Below, one piece after another: positions 1 to 9,710 of a stretch of DNA of 64,000 nt. The first letter of the stretch is position 1. The number at the start of each line of letters is the position of its first letter. Location: the NCBI GenBank assembly GCA_016203225.1, contig JACQNC010000014.1:91715-155714 (forward strand). Direction: 5' to 3'. The position numbers and the translations under genes are program-made. This DNA is from Candidatus Woesearchaeota archaeon. GTDB taxonomy: Archaea; Nanobdellota; Nanobdellia; Woesearchaeales; ARS49. A model generated the notes under the pieces. That model was not told the origin of the DNA, did not search any database, and saw only the letters and a list, made by a program, of their open reading frames with translations.

Positions 1-183
1 CTCACCGATTCGAAAAAGTACTTCTATCTGAAGAATGGCAAGTCTCTCAGAAGCATCGCCGAGCTCGCGGCAGGGATAGACAAGCTGCCTGACGATGTCT
101 TCAACCACCACGTCTCCGACAAGCACAACGACTTCGCGAACTGGATAAAGGACGTTTTCAATGAAGAGCATCTCAGCGAGGCG

Positions 184-1155
184 ATGCGCAAGCTCCGCAC
201 GCGCAAACAGCTCTCTGACCTGCTGAAACGGTTCCTCGAAAAGGGCCATTTTGTACATGAAGTGATCATCATCGGCGGCGGGATCGCGGGCATGAGCGCC
301 GCCGTGTACGCCGCGCGCGGAAGGATGGACTACATCATCATCTCGCCTGACTTCGGCGGCCAGATGAACGTCTCGGGCGAGATCGAGAACTATCCAGGAA
401 TGGCGCACACGAACTTCGCCGAGTTCCAGGACAGGTTCCGCGAGCAGATGACCGCGAACGGGATAGAGTTCATCGACGAAAACGTGAAGGGGATCAAGAA
501 ACTGGATGACGGGCACTTCTTCGTCATCACGGACAAGGCTAAGTATGAAAGCGAAAGTATCATCGTCTGCACCGGGGCCCGTGCGCGACGTTTGAACGTT
601 CCGGGCGAAACCGAGTTCGAGAAGAAAGGGCTCACGTACTGCCACGTCTGCGACGGACCGCTGTTCAAGAACCTCGACGTCGCGATCGTGGGTGGCGGCG
701 ACGCCGCGCTGGAAGCGGCTGCAGGGATGCTGCGCATCGCGCGCAAACTATACTTGATCACCATCAATCCCAATATGACCGGCCACGAATATCTCGTTGA
801 ACGGGTCGTCGGACAGGAGAAGGTCGAAGTCGTCGCGAACGCAAAAACAGTCAAAATCGTGGGTGACAAATCGGTCACCGGCATCGTTGTCGAGCAGAAT
901 GGCAAGCAGCGCACGCTCCCTGTCAAAGGCATAATAGTGGAGATCGGAAGGATCCCGAACGCGGAAGCCGTGAAAGGACTCTGTGAAATCGATGCTGACG
1001 GGCACATCATGGTCGGGAAGGACATGATGACCTCCGTGCCAGGCATCTTCGCGGCAGGCGACTGCGCAGACGGCCACGAATACCAATACGCCATCTCCGC
1101 AGGACAGGCAGTGACCGCATTACTCAAGGCACAACGCTATCTGCGTCGCAGGTAG
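184..1155 (+). CDS. Thioredoxin-reductase-like FAD/NAD(P) flavoprotein. The ORF is open to the window start, so an N-terminal extension is possible.
   Basis: GxGxxG FAD motif IIIGGGIAGMSAAVYA, redox-active CHVCDG (CxxC), C-terminal GDCADG. The reading frame is continuous from nucleotide 1 with no stop, so the true start is unresolved (ATG at 184 or GTG near 265). Confidence 0.75.
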   Translation: MRKLRTRKQLSDLLKRFLEKGHFVHEVIIIGGGIAGMSAAVYAARGRMDYIIISPDFGGQMNVSGEIENYPGMAHTNFAEFQDRFREQMTANGIEFIDENVKGIKKLDDGHFFVITDKAKYESESIIVCTGARARRLNVPGETEFEKKGLTYCHVCDGPLFKNLDVAIVGGGDAALEAAAGMLRIARKLYLITINPNMTGHEYLVERVVGQEKVEVVANAKTVKIVGDKSVTGIVVEQNGKQRTLPVKGIIVEIGRIPNAEAVKGLCEIDADGHIMVGKDMMTSVPGIFAAGDCADGHEYQYAISAGQAVTALLKAQRYLRRR

Positions 1156-1210
1156 AGTCCATTAACTATTTATACCTCCATTACTGCCCGCGTAATGAAA
1201 GAGGTTACCT

Positions 1211-1747
1211 GTGAGATACCTGGCATTCCTGGCATTGTTTCTCGTCCTGCTCGCAGCCTGCCAGCCAGTCATGCCAGCGACCGAGATGAGGACTACTTCG
1301 CCTGAGCCCATGCCTCCTTCGGTGAGTGCGGAACCTTCCGCGCCAGCGCCCGACGGCGAGCCCGCACTCACTGCCGGGTTCAAGCCCACAGGCAAACTCC
1401 TTGTGGATGCGACGACACAGTACATAGAATACAACCAAGCCGACTTCGATGCGGCACGAGCAGCAGGCAAAATCGTCTATCTCGAGTTCTGGGCAGCATG
1501 GTGTCCGTTCTGCCAGCGCCTGGAACCGTTGATCAGGGAATCCATCGCCAACCTGGACGATCCTGGCGTCGTCGCGTTCCGCGTGAACTACGACAATTCA
1601 GCTGACCTCCAGAAAAAATATAATGTCATCTACCAGCACACGCACATCGTCCTCAAGACAGATGGCAGCGTTTCGTGGAAATCGCTAGACACGAACTGGA
1701 ACGATGAACTCTTCAGATCAGAGATCCAAAAAGCGAAAGGTGGTTAA
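1211..1747 (+). CDS. Thioredoxin-like lipoprotein (extracytoplasmic redoxin)
   Basis: Signal peptide with lipobox (LLAAC). Thioredoxin-fold motif WAAWCPFCQ (CxxC). Confidence 0.7.
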   Translation: MRYLAFLALFLVLLAACQPVMPATEMRTTSPEPMPPSVSAEPSAPAPDGEPALTAGFKPTGKLLVDATTQYIEYNQADFDAARAAGKIVYLEFWAAWCPFCQRLEPLIRESIANLDDPGVVAFRVNYDNSADLQKKYNVIYQHTHIVLKTDGSVSWKSLDTNWNDELFRSEIQKAKGG

Positions 1748-2458
1748 GTGGCAGACCTCACGATCGGCATCGCATTCATCGCAGGCATCATCTCGTTCCT
1801 ATCACCGTGCGTGCTGCCCCTGGTTCCGGCATTCCTGAGCTACTTGGCAGGCACGAGCGCGCAAGATATCAAGGAGGGGAAAGCCGCGCGCATGAAGATA
1901 TTCGTCAATTCACTCCTATTCGTGCTCGGATTCTCGGTGGTGTTCTCCATCCTCGGCGTGCTGCTGAACAGCGTCCTGGCGAACGTCGCGTACGACACGC
2001 GCGTCTGGCTCGGACGGATCGGCGGCGTCATCATCATCCTCTTCGCGCTCTATCTGCTCAAGCTTATCAGGTTGCCATTCCTCGAGCGCGAGCACAAATT
2101 GCAGGTCAGGTGGAAAGCCAGTTATTTCACGTCATTCCTGTTCGGCGCGGCCTTCGCGGCCGGCTGGACACCGTGCGTCGGTGCAGTGCTGGGAAGCGTG
2201 CTGACTTTGGCGATCGCGAACCCGGCCCAGGCGTTCCCGCTGCTGTTCTCATACACCCTAGGATTGGGCTTGCCGTTCCTCGCCGTGGGGATCTTCACGT
2301 CGCAGGCGACCAACCTCATCGGTAAAGCCGGCAAGTGGTTAGTGTACTTCAACTACGTAGTCGGCGTGCTGTTATTGATATTAGGCATACTCGTGTTCAC
2401 GAACAAACTTAGCTTGATCGCGAACTTCGCGTTCCTGAACGAGTTCCTGCTCCGATGA
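1748..2458 (+). CDS. ccdA: Cytochrome c-type biogenesis / disulfide electron transporter CcdA (DsbD core)
   Basis: GTG start directly after the upstream stop. Polytopic membrane protein with two Cys-containing motifs (SPCVLPLVP ... GWTPCVG) typical of the CcdA/DsbD family. Confidence 0.8.
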   Translation: MADLTIGIAFIAGIISFLSPCVLPLVPAFLSYLAGTSAQDIKEGKAARMKIFVNSLLFVLGFSVVFSILGVLLNSVLANVAYDTRVWLGRIGGVIIILFALYLLKLIRLPFLEREHKLQVRWKASYFTSFLFGAAFAAGWTPCVGAVLGSVLTLAIANPAQAFPLLFSYTLGLGLPFLAVGIFTSQATNLIGKAGKWLVYFNYVVGVLLLILGILVFTNKLSLIANFAFLNEFLLR

Positions 2459-3594
2459 AAGGAAGGACTGTCGCGCTGATAATCGTGCTTCTATTGATCG
2501 CCGGCGCCGTCTGGTACATCGAGAGCCAGAAACCCGACATCCCTGAATCCGAGCCTACGATAACGCCGACTCTGCGAGGAGGCGCGCTAGAATCGACCTC
2601 TCCAAAAGTCCAGATGACGCTGGACGAGAAAGCGAAGAAGTATCCTGTCGCGCCTGACTTCATCCCGACCGGCGAATGGATAAATTCGGAGCCGTTGACG
2701 ATCGCGGGATTGCGCGGCAAGGTCGTGCTCGTGGACTTCTGGACGTATTCCTGCATCAACTGCATCAGGACCTTGCCGTATCTGACATCTTGGGACGCGA
2801 AGTACCGCGACGCAGGACTCGTGATAGTCGGCTCGCACACGCCTGAGTTCGAGTTCGAGAAGGACATCGAGAACGTCAAGCGCGCCATGGAGAAGCACGG
2901 CATCGCGTATCCAGTGTTCCAGGACAACGAGTTCCGCACGTGGCGGGCGTATAGGAACCAGTACTGGCCGCACAAGTATCTGGTCGACATCGATGGCTTC
3001 ATCAGGTTCGACCACATCGGCGAAGGCGGCTACGTCGAGACAGAAGAACTCATCCAGGAATTGCTCAAAGAACGGATGCAGCGCATGGGTGAAGTGATGG
3101 ACGTAGAGAAACCCATAACGACGCCTGAAGACGTCCAAGAGGTCGACTTCGGCAAGATCAGGACTCCTGAACTTTATTTCGGGTACGCATTCCGCAGACA
3201 TGCGGGCGGCAACGAGGAAGGCTATCCGCCCGAGAAGACTGTTGAGTACCTCGAGCCAAAGAACCGCGGCGTCAACATCCCATACATGGAAGGGACGTGG
3301 AACAACCAGGAAGATTTCATGCAGCTGGAGATTGGCACGGGCAAGGTTTATCTCACGTACAACGCGAAATCCGTAAACATCGTCGCAAGCAGCGATGCCG
3401 GTTCGACGGTCGAAGTCCTTGTCGATGGCGTGCTGGTGGATGCGAACGCAGGAAGCGACGTCGTCGATGGAAGCGTTTCTGTCGCGGACGAGCGGCTTTA
3501 CAACGTCGTCATGAGCGACGATTACGAACCGCACGAGCTAGAATTGCGGATATCCGGGAAAGGGTTCAGGATCTATACGTTCACGTTCGGATGA
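2455..3594 (+). CDS. Membrane-anchored TlpA/ResA-like thiol:disulfide oxidoreductase with C-terminal extra domain (DipZ C-terminal-like)
   Basis: ATGA overlap with ccdA. N-terminal TM helix, thioredoxin fold with WTYSCINC (CxxC), then an unassigned C-terminal domain of about 150 aa. Confidence 0.7.
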   Translation: MKGRTVALIIVLLLIAGAVWYIESQKPDIPESEPTITPTLRGGALESTSPKVQMTLDEKAKKYPVAPDFIPTGEWINSEPLTIAGLRGKVVLVDFWTYSCINCIRTLPYLTSWDAKYRDAGLVIVGSHTPEFEFEKDIENVKRAMEKHGIAYPVFQDNEFRTWRAYRNQYWPHKYLVDIDGFIRFDHIGEGGYVETEELIQELLKERMQRMGEVMDVEKPITTPEDVQEVDFGKIRTPELYFGYAFRRHAGGNEEGYPPEKTVEYLEPKNRGVNIPYMEGTWNNQEDFMQLEIGTGKVYLTYNAKSVNIVASSDAGSTVEVLVDGVLVDANAGSDVVDGSVSVADERLYNVVMSDDYEPHELELRISGKGFRIYTFTFG

Positions 3595-4445
3595 GCCATC
3601 AGGCGTTTCGCCAACGTCTTCAACCACGCGCTCACGATGTTGGTCAATCTCTCCTCATACCCCTCGAAATCATGGTTTGCTCCCTTGATCAGGCGCACTT
3701 CGGCATGAGGGTTCTGTCTGAGCAGCCTTGCCGCAGCCTGCACACCGATAGCTGTGAAGATGTCCTTGGTGCCGATTACCGTGAGTATAGGAATCCTCAG
3801 TTTCCGGTATAACGGGAGCTTTCCTGCATGGAACGGCAAGGCCTTCGCCAACTCGGCGCGCTTTCCAAAAAAGCTAGCGTAAGAAGCCGCGGTTTTTGGG
3901 GCGAATCCTGCGTGCGGCCGCGGATGGGCTGTGAGCAATTCGTCACCCTTGCCGCGCTCAAGCAGCGATTCTGATTCCCGTTCCAATTGCAGCAGCACCT
4001 GCGCTGGCATGAATCTTTGCTGGTTGCCGAACGAGTCCGAAGGAGCGAGGAGCACCAAGCCGTGTACGGCATGGTTCCCGCGCGCAGCGTAATAGGTCGC
4101 TTTCTCGGTGCCTAAGCTATGGCCTTGCAGGATGATCGTACGATACCCTTTCGCTTCAGCGAACCCGATCCAGGCATCGATGTCTTTCACGCAATCCTCA
4201 AAGATCTCCCCAACGCAACCCGGCAGACTCGGCTGGAGAACCCCTGTGCCGCGGTTGTTCGTGCTCAGAAAGCTCACGTTGTGCGTGACGAATTCTGCTG
4301 CCATGTTCCGCATGAAGTCCTCATCATAGAAGTTGCTCGCAGTGCCGTGGACATTTATGACTATCACCGTGCTTGCCGCTTCAAACAGCATTCCGTCAAG
4401 AACTAGACGGTCCTCAGTCTTGACCTGGACGAGCGGGTAGCGCAT
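3573..4445 (-). CDS. Alpha/beta-fold hydrolase
   Basis: Nucleophile elbow GHSLG. Length and composition fit a serine hydrolase. TATA 4466-4475 lies about 25 nt upstream of the start (leaderless). Confidence 0.7.
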   Translation of the reverse strand: MRYPLVQVKTEDRLVLDGMLFEAASTVIVINVHGTASNFYDEDFMRNMAAEFVTHNVSFLSTNNRGTGVLQPSLPGCVGEIFEDCVKDIDAWIGFAEAKGYRTIILQGHSLGTEKATYYAARGNHAVHGLVLLAPSDSFGNQQRFMPAQVLLQLERESESLLERGKGDELLTAHPRPHAGFAPKTAASYASFFGKRAELAKALPFHAGKLPLYRKLRIPILTVIGTKDIFTAIGVQAAARLLRQNPHAEVRLIKGANHDFEGYEERLTNIVSAWLKTLAKRLMAHPNVNV

Positions 4446-4465
4446 CGAGGAGCACCGAATTCGAG

Positions 4466-4475
4466 CCTATATAAT
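4466..4475. promoter_or_regulatory. TATA box CTATATAATT between divergent hydrolase (-) and rhodanese (+) genes
   Basis: About 25 nt from the minus-strand ATG at 4445. Confidence 0.45.
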
Positions 4476-4520
4476 TTTTGCGCGAATCAGGTCATGTGGC
4501 GTAGTTTTTAATACTCCGCG

Positions 4521-4901
4521 ATGCTGCTCTCACCCATGCAAACCTCATTGACGGTCGACGACGTCTGTGATCTCCTCCAACGCCAGGCGCAGATCGTGCT
4601 CCTCGACGTCCGCGAGCCCGCTGAGTGGGCAGAGGCAAGGATCGATGCCGCGACGCTCATCCCGATCAGCAAGCTCGTCGAGGACCTGCCAAAGCTCGGA
4701 CTGCCGAAGGACCAGCAAGTCATCTGCATATGCCGGTCCGGTAGACGGAGCGGACTCGCCGCGGAGTTCCTTCGCAGCCAAGGCTACCAGGCAGCAAACA
4801 TGGAAGGCGGATTACGGCAGTGGTTCATCCACAAACATACAGAAGGGGCGATTGACGATAAAGAATTCAAGCGCGTCGCAGCGTTTTTAGGGCCGCAGTG
4901 A
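4521..4901 (+). CDS. Single-domain rhodanese (sulfurtransferase)
   Basis: Active-site loop CRSGRRS, rhodanese fold length. Confidence 0.7.
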   Translation: MLLSPMQTSLTVDDVCDLLQRQAQIVLLDVREPAEWAEARIDAATLIPISKLVEDLPKLGLPKDQQVICICRSGRRSGLAAEFLRSQGYQAANMEGGLRQWFIHKHTEGAIDDKEFKRVAAFLGPQ

Positions 4902-5117
4902 TCAATCCTTCCCGATATGGAAATACGACCCTGTTTCTGCGCGTCTGCGCCAGAGATACGCGCTGCCAAGATAGAGGAATCCGCTCAAGGCAAGCCCGAA
5001 TGCGCCGCCGAGCATTCCGTCTTTGAAACGCTCTGAATGCTCCGCTCCGAATGCAAGCGCGCCTGCCGAGACCTCACACAGGACGCCGGTGACTATGCGG
5101 ATCTTCCACGATTTCAT
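4902..5117 (-). CDS. Small Gly-rich membrane protein (possible)
   Basis: Internal Met start. Two predicted TM helices rich in G/A. No promoter is evident. Confidence 0.25.
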   Translation of the reverse strand: MKSWKIRIVTGVLCEVSAGALAFGAEHSERFKDGMLGGAFGLALSGFLYLGSAYLWRRRAETGSYFHIGKD

Positions 5118-5260
5118 GCACGCTTTTCGCCATCCGTCTGATGCGAGATTCTCAAGCGACTGATTGTCGGACATGCAGGATCGTGAGTTCCGCGAGTATT
5201 TATTCCTGCCGGCAGCAACGTTTAAAAGCAGCCAGCACTCATTCAACAAAAAGAGGCGGC

Positions 5261-6502
5261 ATGTTCACTATACACTGGAACGACTGCGGTTTCTCCGCGA
5301 AGCAGGTCAGAGCGGTCGCCAAACGGCTCTTGTTCGACGTCCACCAATTGCACCACGTCATCCAGGAACGCATGTACGGAAACGACGCCGCTTCCGTCAT
5401 CCTGCCTTTCGACAAGCGCCACGTCGCGGCCGCGAAGGTCTTGGCGAAGAAGTGCGGCAATGCGGACCTCGTGATCGTTGTCGGCATCGGCGGCTCGAAC
5501 CTAGGCACGCTCGCGGTCCAACAAGCAGTGACGGGCATATTCGACCAACGCATCTTGTATGCGGACACTGTCGATCCTGACGCGACGCACCACATCATAG
5601 ATGAAGCGAAGCGCGTCCTGAAGAGCCATGGCCGCGTCGTACTCAACGCAGTATCAAAATCAGGAAGCACGACCGAGACCATAGCCAACTTCGCGGCGTT
5701 GGTCGACGCGTTGCCGCACAGCGACCATCTCCACATCATCGTCACGACCGATGTCGGCTCGCACTTCGAGCAATTCGCGCGCTCGAAGGGCTACGACGTG
5801 CTCAGCATCCCTACCCATGTCGGCGGGCGTTACAGCGTCTTCTCGACGGTCGGCTTGTTTCCCCTGGCAGTGCTCGGCGTCGACGTCCACCGACTCGTCG
5901 AAGGAGCGCACGACGCGCTCCAACGTTGTTTGAGGAAAAACAATGACAATCCCGCGCTGCTGCTAGCGGCAATCGCTTATCTCAACCATCAGAAAGGCAA
6001 ACGCGTGCACGACACTTTCGTGTTCAGCAAAGACTTGGAAGGCTACGGTAGATGGTATCGGCAGCTGTTGGCTGAGAGCATCGGCAAGGGCGCAGAAGCG
6101 GGCATAATCCCAACTGTTTCCGTAGGCAGCACCGATCTGCACAGCGTCGGCCAGCTTGATCTCGCCGGACCTGACCTGACTTATTATCGCTTCGTGACAG
6201 TCAAGAAAACCCAACACGACCTGCACGTGCCAGACGGCTACGACGCGCTCGTGCCGCTCTCCGGAAAATCATTCTCCACAATCATGGACGCGATACTGAA
6301 AGGCACTCAAGCCGCGTTCAAGAGACACAAGCGACCTTTCATAGAAATCTCACTGCCGGACAAGTCAGAAGAAACCATCGGAGCGCTGCTGCAGACAGAG
6401 ATGGTCAGCGTCATGCTCCTCGGGCATCTCCTGCGAGTCAACCCGTTCGACCAGCCCGCGGTGGAAGAATACAAGAATGTTACGAGAAAGTTGTTGGGCT
6501 AG
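5261..6502 (+). CDS. pgi: Glucose-6-phosphate isomerase (SIS-domain PGI)
   Basis: ATG at 5261 preceded by AGAGG. SIS-domain motifs (VIVVGIGGSNLG). The long upstream extension of the ORF is rejected. Confidence 0.75.
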   Translation: MFTIHWNDCGFSAKQVRAVAKRLLFDVHQLHHVIQERMYGNDAASVILPFDKRHVAAAKVLAKKCGNADLVIVVGIGGSNLGTLAVQQAVTGIFDQRILYADTVDPDATHHIIDEAKRVLKSHGRVVLNAVSKSGSTTETIANFAALVDALPHSDHLHIIVTTDVGSHFEQFARSKGYDVLSIPTHVGGRYSVFSTVGLFPLAVLGVDVHRLVEGAHDALQRCLRKNNDNPALLLAAIAYLNHQKGKRVHDTFVFSKDLEGYGRWYRQLLAESIGKGAEAGIIPTVSVGSTDLHSVGQLDLAGPDLTYYRFVTVKKTQHDLHVPDGYDALVPLSGKSFSTIMDAILKGTQAAFKRHKRPFIEISLPDKSEETIGALLQTEMVSVMLLGHLLRVNPFDQPAVEEYKNVTRKLLG

Positions 6503-6750
6503 ACCAACCGTTTCCCGGTCTCCATGTCCTCAATGTGGATGACGTTCACGGGGCACGAGCGTGCGGCGTCCATCATCTTCTCGAGTTCTGTCTCTTCGAT
6601 GATGAGCTCGAAATGCGCGTCCTTCTTCACGCTGTCCTTCAGCTCGGCCTTGCCATCGTCCAACAGGCGCCAGCGGTCATCATTGGCAGCGACGCACGTC
6701 GCTGCGCCGATGCAGTTCTTCCGTTCATAGATGACTTTGTACTTCTTCAT
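6499..6750 (-). CDS. Small ferredoxin-like iron-sulfur protein
   Basis: Cys motifs CIGAATC ... CP typical of single-cluster ferredoxin-like proteins. 83 aa. Confidence 0.5.
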   Translation of the reverse strand: MKKYKVIYERKNCIGAATCVAANDDRWRLLDDGKAELKDSVKKDAHFELIIEETELEKMMDAARSCPVNVIHIEDMETGKRLV

Positions 6751-6956
6751 CTGCGCGTCCTCGAGGGACCGCCTGTCTTGTATGGAGAATAGCTCCCTTT
6801 CGCCTTCTGGCTCGTCTTTTCGCCGGCCTCTGATTCGAACTCGGTAGTCTCGTCAAAACCGCACACGTTGCACACGCGCATCTGCTGGCCGCGGTACGCG
6901 ACAAGCTTGACGTCAGCGCTCTTGCATCTGGGGCAGGCAGGCATCAGCTTCTGCAT
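6747..6956 (-). CDS. Zinc-ribbon protein
   Basis: CPRC...CNVC pairs (two CxxC). Confidence 0.4.
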   Translation of the reverse strand: MQKLMPACPRCKSADVKLVAYRGQQMRVCNVCGFDETTEFESEAGEKTSQKAKGSYSPYKTGGPSRTRR

Positions 6957-7294
6957 GACTCGAGATAGCCCTGCTCAAAGTCGCGTGCGTATCGCGCGGT
7001 GACGTCGCCGAGCTTGTTGCCCGTGAGATCGTCCGTCGCCTCGATTCCGGTCTGTTCCAGGAAGGCGTCGATTGTCCTGGCGTTCAACCCCTGAGAACTG
7101 CCGACCACGTGGAGCGCGAGAAGTCCGGGTGCCTCGCGCATATCCTGCGCAAGGACGACAATGACTTCTTCGCCTTTTCGTGTGACGCTCACGTATGCGT
7201 TGTTCTCAACCGGGATGAAGCCCCCGAACCGTTGGAGCGTCGCCCGAAGAATCCCTTTGTATGCGCAGATCCGCGCAAGTCCTGTCCATGCCAT
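6944..7294 (-). CDS. Hypothetical protein
   Basis: 116-aa ORF in an operon-like arrangement with its neighbours. Confidence 0.35.
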   Translation of the reverse strand: MAWTGLARICAYKGILRATLQRFGGFIPVENNAYVSVTRKGEEVIVVLAQDMREAPGLLALHVVGSSQGLNARTIDAFLEQTGIEATDDLTGNKLGDVTARYARDFEQGYLESCRS

Positions 7295-7319
7295 GACAAA
7301 GAGAAACCGTGATCGCTTT

Positions 7320-7814
7320 TTAACGCTTTCGATACACTCTGTCGAGATTCACTATCAACTGCCTGCCTTGGAAGCCGGCTTCAGGTTCGTGCCAGTACAG
7401 GACGCCTTTCTCGCCCAGCTTCCAGCACAAAAGCACCTGCCTGCCTTGGAACCAGTAAGGGAAATCGACCAATCCTTGGTCGAGATCCTTCACGATCAAG
7501 CCCTTGTCCAATATCTCCTGCAGCGCGTCGTAGAACCGCAGACAGACTGCATGGAAGACCTTGCTGGCCTGCACGTTGTTGTTGAGCATGAACTGGAAAC
7601 CCTCGTCGGAAGTCACTTCGATCATGCACGAGAACTCCTTGTGGGAATCCACCAACTGCTCGATGGCCATCTTGTGCTCGAGCACGACCTTAAGTTTGCG
7701 AGAAAGCCACGGGACAAGACGGTCTGCCTCTTCGATGGTGAAGAACCGCTTGTCGTCGTTCACGAACAACCGGAAGATTTCCGGATTTATAAAGTGTTCG
7801 TTAGAGAACGCCAC
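7320..7814 (-). CDS. Conserved hypothetical protein (DUF2203-like N-terminus FT.EEA..L.P)
   Basis: Motif FFTIEEADRLVPWL. The domain assignment is tentative. Confidence 0.45.
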   Translation of the reverse strand: MAFSNEHFINPEIFRLFVNDDKRFFTIEEADRLVPWLSRKLKVVLEHKMAIEQLVDSHKEFSCMIEVTSDEGFQFMLNNNVQASKVFHAVCLRFYDALQEILDKGLIVKDLDQGLVDFPYWFQGRQVLLCWKLGEKGVLYWHEPEAGFQGRQLIVNLDRVYRKR

Positions 7815-8641
7815 GTCTTCTGCAGAAGCAAAGCATCCTCTTCGATGTTCGGGCTCTCATCGATGACGACGCCCTTGATCCTGAACTCATCCCAGACCTT
7901 CACGAGTTCCTTCCAGCGCAAGTCGCCGTCCTTCAGATTCAAATGGTTCTTCTCGCCTTTAGGCCCGTAATTGATGCCGCATACCTGTATGTGCATGTTA
8001 TCGAGACCTTCGCGCCCGAGCTCTTTCTCCAATTCCGTCATGATCGCCCTGAACTCATCTGTCGTGTTGTTGATGCCGTTGTATCTCGCGTGCAGGTGCG
8101 CGAAGTCCACGCATGGCAGCACGCCCTCGATGTCCTGCGAGAGCCGGATGCATTCCTTTAGGTCGCCCCACTGCGATTCCTTGCCGGTCGTCTCGGGACG
8201 GAGCCAGACATTTGTCAGTCCCTTGTCCTTCAATTCAGCCATCACGGTCTTGAAGTTCTTCTTGACGATCTCGTACGTCTCCTCTTTGCTTCTTCCAAGA
8301 TAGAATGCGGTGTGCCACGTGATGCTCCAACCGCCGACCTCGTGCATGCGCGTGGCTGCCTCGATCATGCGCTGCATGCTCGGCTTGAGCTTCGTCGCAT
8401 CAACGGGAGAGAGATTGACGTAATACTGCCCGTGGCACGTGAGCACGATGTTGTTGTCTTCCGCGGCCTTCCTGATGAGGGGAGCTTTCTCCTTCGAGAT
8501 GTTGACGCTCTGCACCCATTCCAATTCCATCGCGTCCAAACCTAACTTCCTGCACTGCGCGATGCCGTTCGCGGTGTCGCGCGGCTGCGTCGACATCGGG
8601 ATTCCCGGACTGCCGAAAAGGAGTTCGTTGATTTTCTTCAT
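7787..8641 (-). CDS. Endonuclease IV-like / xylose-isomerase-like TIM-barrel protein (AP endonuclease family 2)
   Basis: Metal-ligand-like motifs HTAFYLG, ETTG and DFAHLHA, spaced as in Nfo-type TIM barrels. Confidence 0.55.
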   Translation of the reverse strand: MKKINELLFGSPGIPMSTQPRDTANGIAQCRKLGLDAMELEWVQSVNISKEKAPLIRKAAEDNNIVLTCHGQYYVNLSPVDATKLKPSMQRMIEAATRMHEVGGWSITWHTAFYLGRSKEETYEIVKKNFKTVMAELKDKGLTNVWLRPETTGKESQWGDLKECIRLSQDIEGVLPCVDFAHLHARYNGINNTTDEFRAIMTELEKELGREGLDNMHIQVCGINYGPKGEKNHLNLKDGDLRWKELVKVWDEFRIKGVVIDESPNIEEDALLLQKTWRSLTNTL

Positions 8642-8654
8642 TTGTCTTCTCGTC

Positions 8655-8760
8655 TCGTCCCAAGTATGATGAGTCCCAAGCGCGATCTCCTCCGGCAGGT
8701 TTGAGGAGTTGTAGCTATCGATTCTGTCCCGTTAAAGCGACTACCAACCTGCTTATGGCT
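8655..8760 (+). repeat. Intergenic structured repeat, copy A (composite)
   Basis: CGTCCCAAGTATGATGAG...CCGGCAGGTTTG...TATCGATTC...CGACTACCAACCTGCTTATGG. Confidence 0.6.
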
Positions 8761-8795
8761 GCAACGGATGCGGTGTGCACGTGAATCGCGAACGT

Positions 8796-9710
8796 TCATG
8801 TCAGGTCCTGATAGTTCGTCAAACCCTTGATTTTCTTGATGACTGAAATGCCTGCGTTGCAGCCTTCACCGACAGACTTCGAGATCTGGTAGTTGCCGCC
8901 TGTGCAGCCGCCGGCAGCGAACACTCCATCGACGTTTGTCTTTCCGTCACGGTCGATCTTGATCGACTGTCCGTCCATCTCGAGCCCGAGTTTCTGGCTG
9001 AACGCCAGTGCGGTCGCGGTGCCGAGCGCCAGGAACACGCCGTCGGGCTTCTCCTCCGAATTGTCCGAGAACTTGACCTTCTCCAGTCTCTTGTCGCCGA
9101 CGAACTCGACAGCGCGGCGCTTGTCGTACTTGATCTCGCGTTGGTCCAGCATCGTCTTCAATTCAGGAGCGATCGAGAACTCCTTGCCGTTCGACACGAT
9201 CGTGATGTCATCAGTCAATCCAGTGAGCTCGAGCGCCTCTTCCGCGGCGAAACTGCTGTGGCCTATCACGAACACCCTCTTGTTCTTGTAGAACGGACCG
9301 TCGCACGCGACGCACGTATGCACGCCGCGGCCCATCAGCTTGTCCTCATTCTTGGCGCCGGAACTCTTCGCGGTCAATCCGGTGGCGATGATCAGCGCCT
9401 TTGATTGGAATTTGCGCGCATCGGCGAGCTTGACCGTGAACGAGCCACCTTTCTCCTCGGCATGCACGACTTCCGCGACAAGGTGCTCGGCGCCGTACTT
9501 CTTGACCTGCTCGACGCCACGGTCCAGTAAATCAGGACCCGAGACACCATCGCTGCCGAGGAAGTTCCCCACCTCCTGCGCCTTTATCAAACCAGTCTTC
9601 TCGATGTCGCCGATCATAAGCACTTTCAGTCCAGCGCGAGCCATGAATATGCTCGCGGCCATGCCTGCGGGACCGGCGCCTATCGTGATACAATCATAGA
9701 TCCCTGGCAT
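8796..9710 (-). CDS. Thioredoxin-reductase-like flavoprotein, translationally coupled to a Rieske protein
   Basis: Start at the internal Met (YDCITIGAGPAGMAA), CVACDG CxxC, GGCTGG near the C-terminus. The ATG overlaps the stop of the upstream Rieske gene by 1 nt (TAATG). Confidence 0.75.
   Translation of the reverse strand: MPGIYDCITIGAGPAGMAASIFMARAGLKVLMIGDIEKTGLIKAQEVGNFLGSDGVSGPDLLDRGVEQVKKYGAEHLVAEVVHAEEKGGSFTVKLADARKFQSKALIIATGLTAKSSGAKNEDKLMGRGVHTCVACDGPFYKNKRVFVIGHSSFAAEEALELTGLTDDITIVSNGKEFSIAPELKTMLDQREIKYDKRRAVEFVGDKRLEKVKFSDNSEEKPDGVFLALGTATALAFSQKLGLEMDGQSIKIDRDGKTNVDGVFAAGGCTGGNYQISKSVGEGCNAGISVIKKIKGLTNYQDLT

Noticed and set aside
2587-3534. 315-aa minus-strand ORF
   Set aside because: It is antisense to the TlpA-like gene, whose Trx-fold CxxC motif identifies the true frame.
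5141-5260. N-terminal 40-codon extension of the pgi ORF
   Set aside because: A strong RBS (AGAGG) plus ATG at 5261 marks the real start. The extension is Cys/Arg-rich and implausible.
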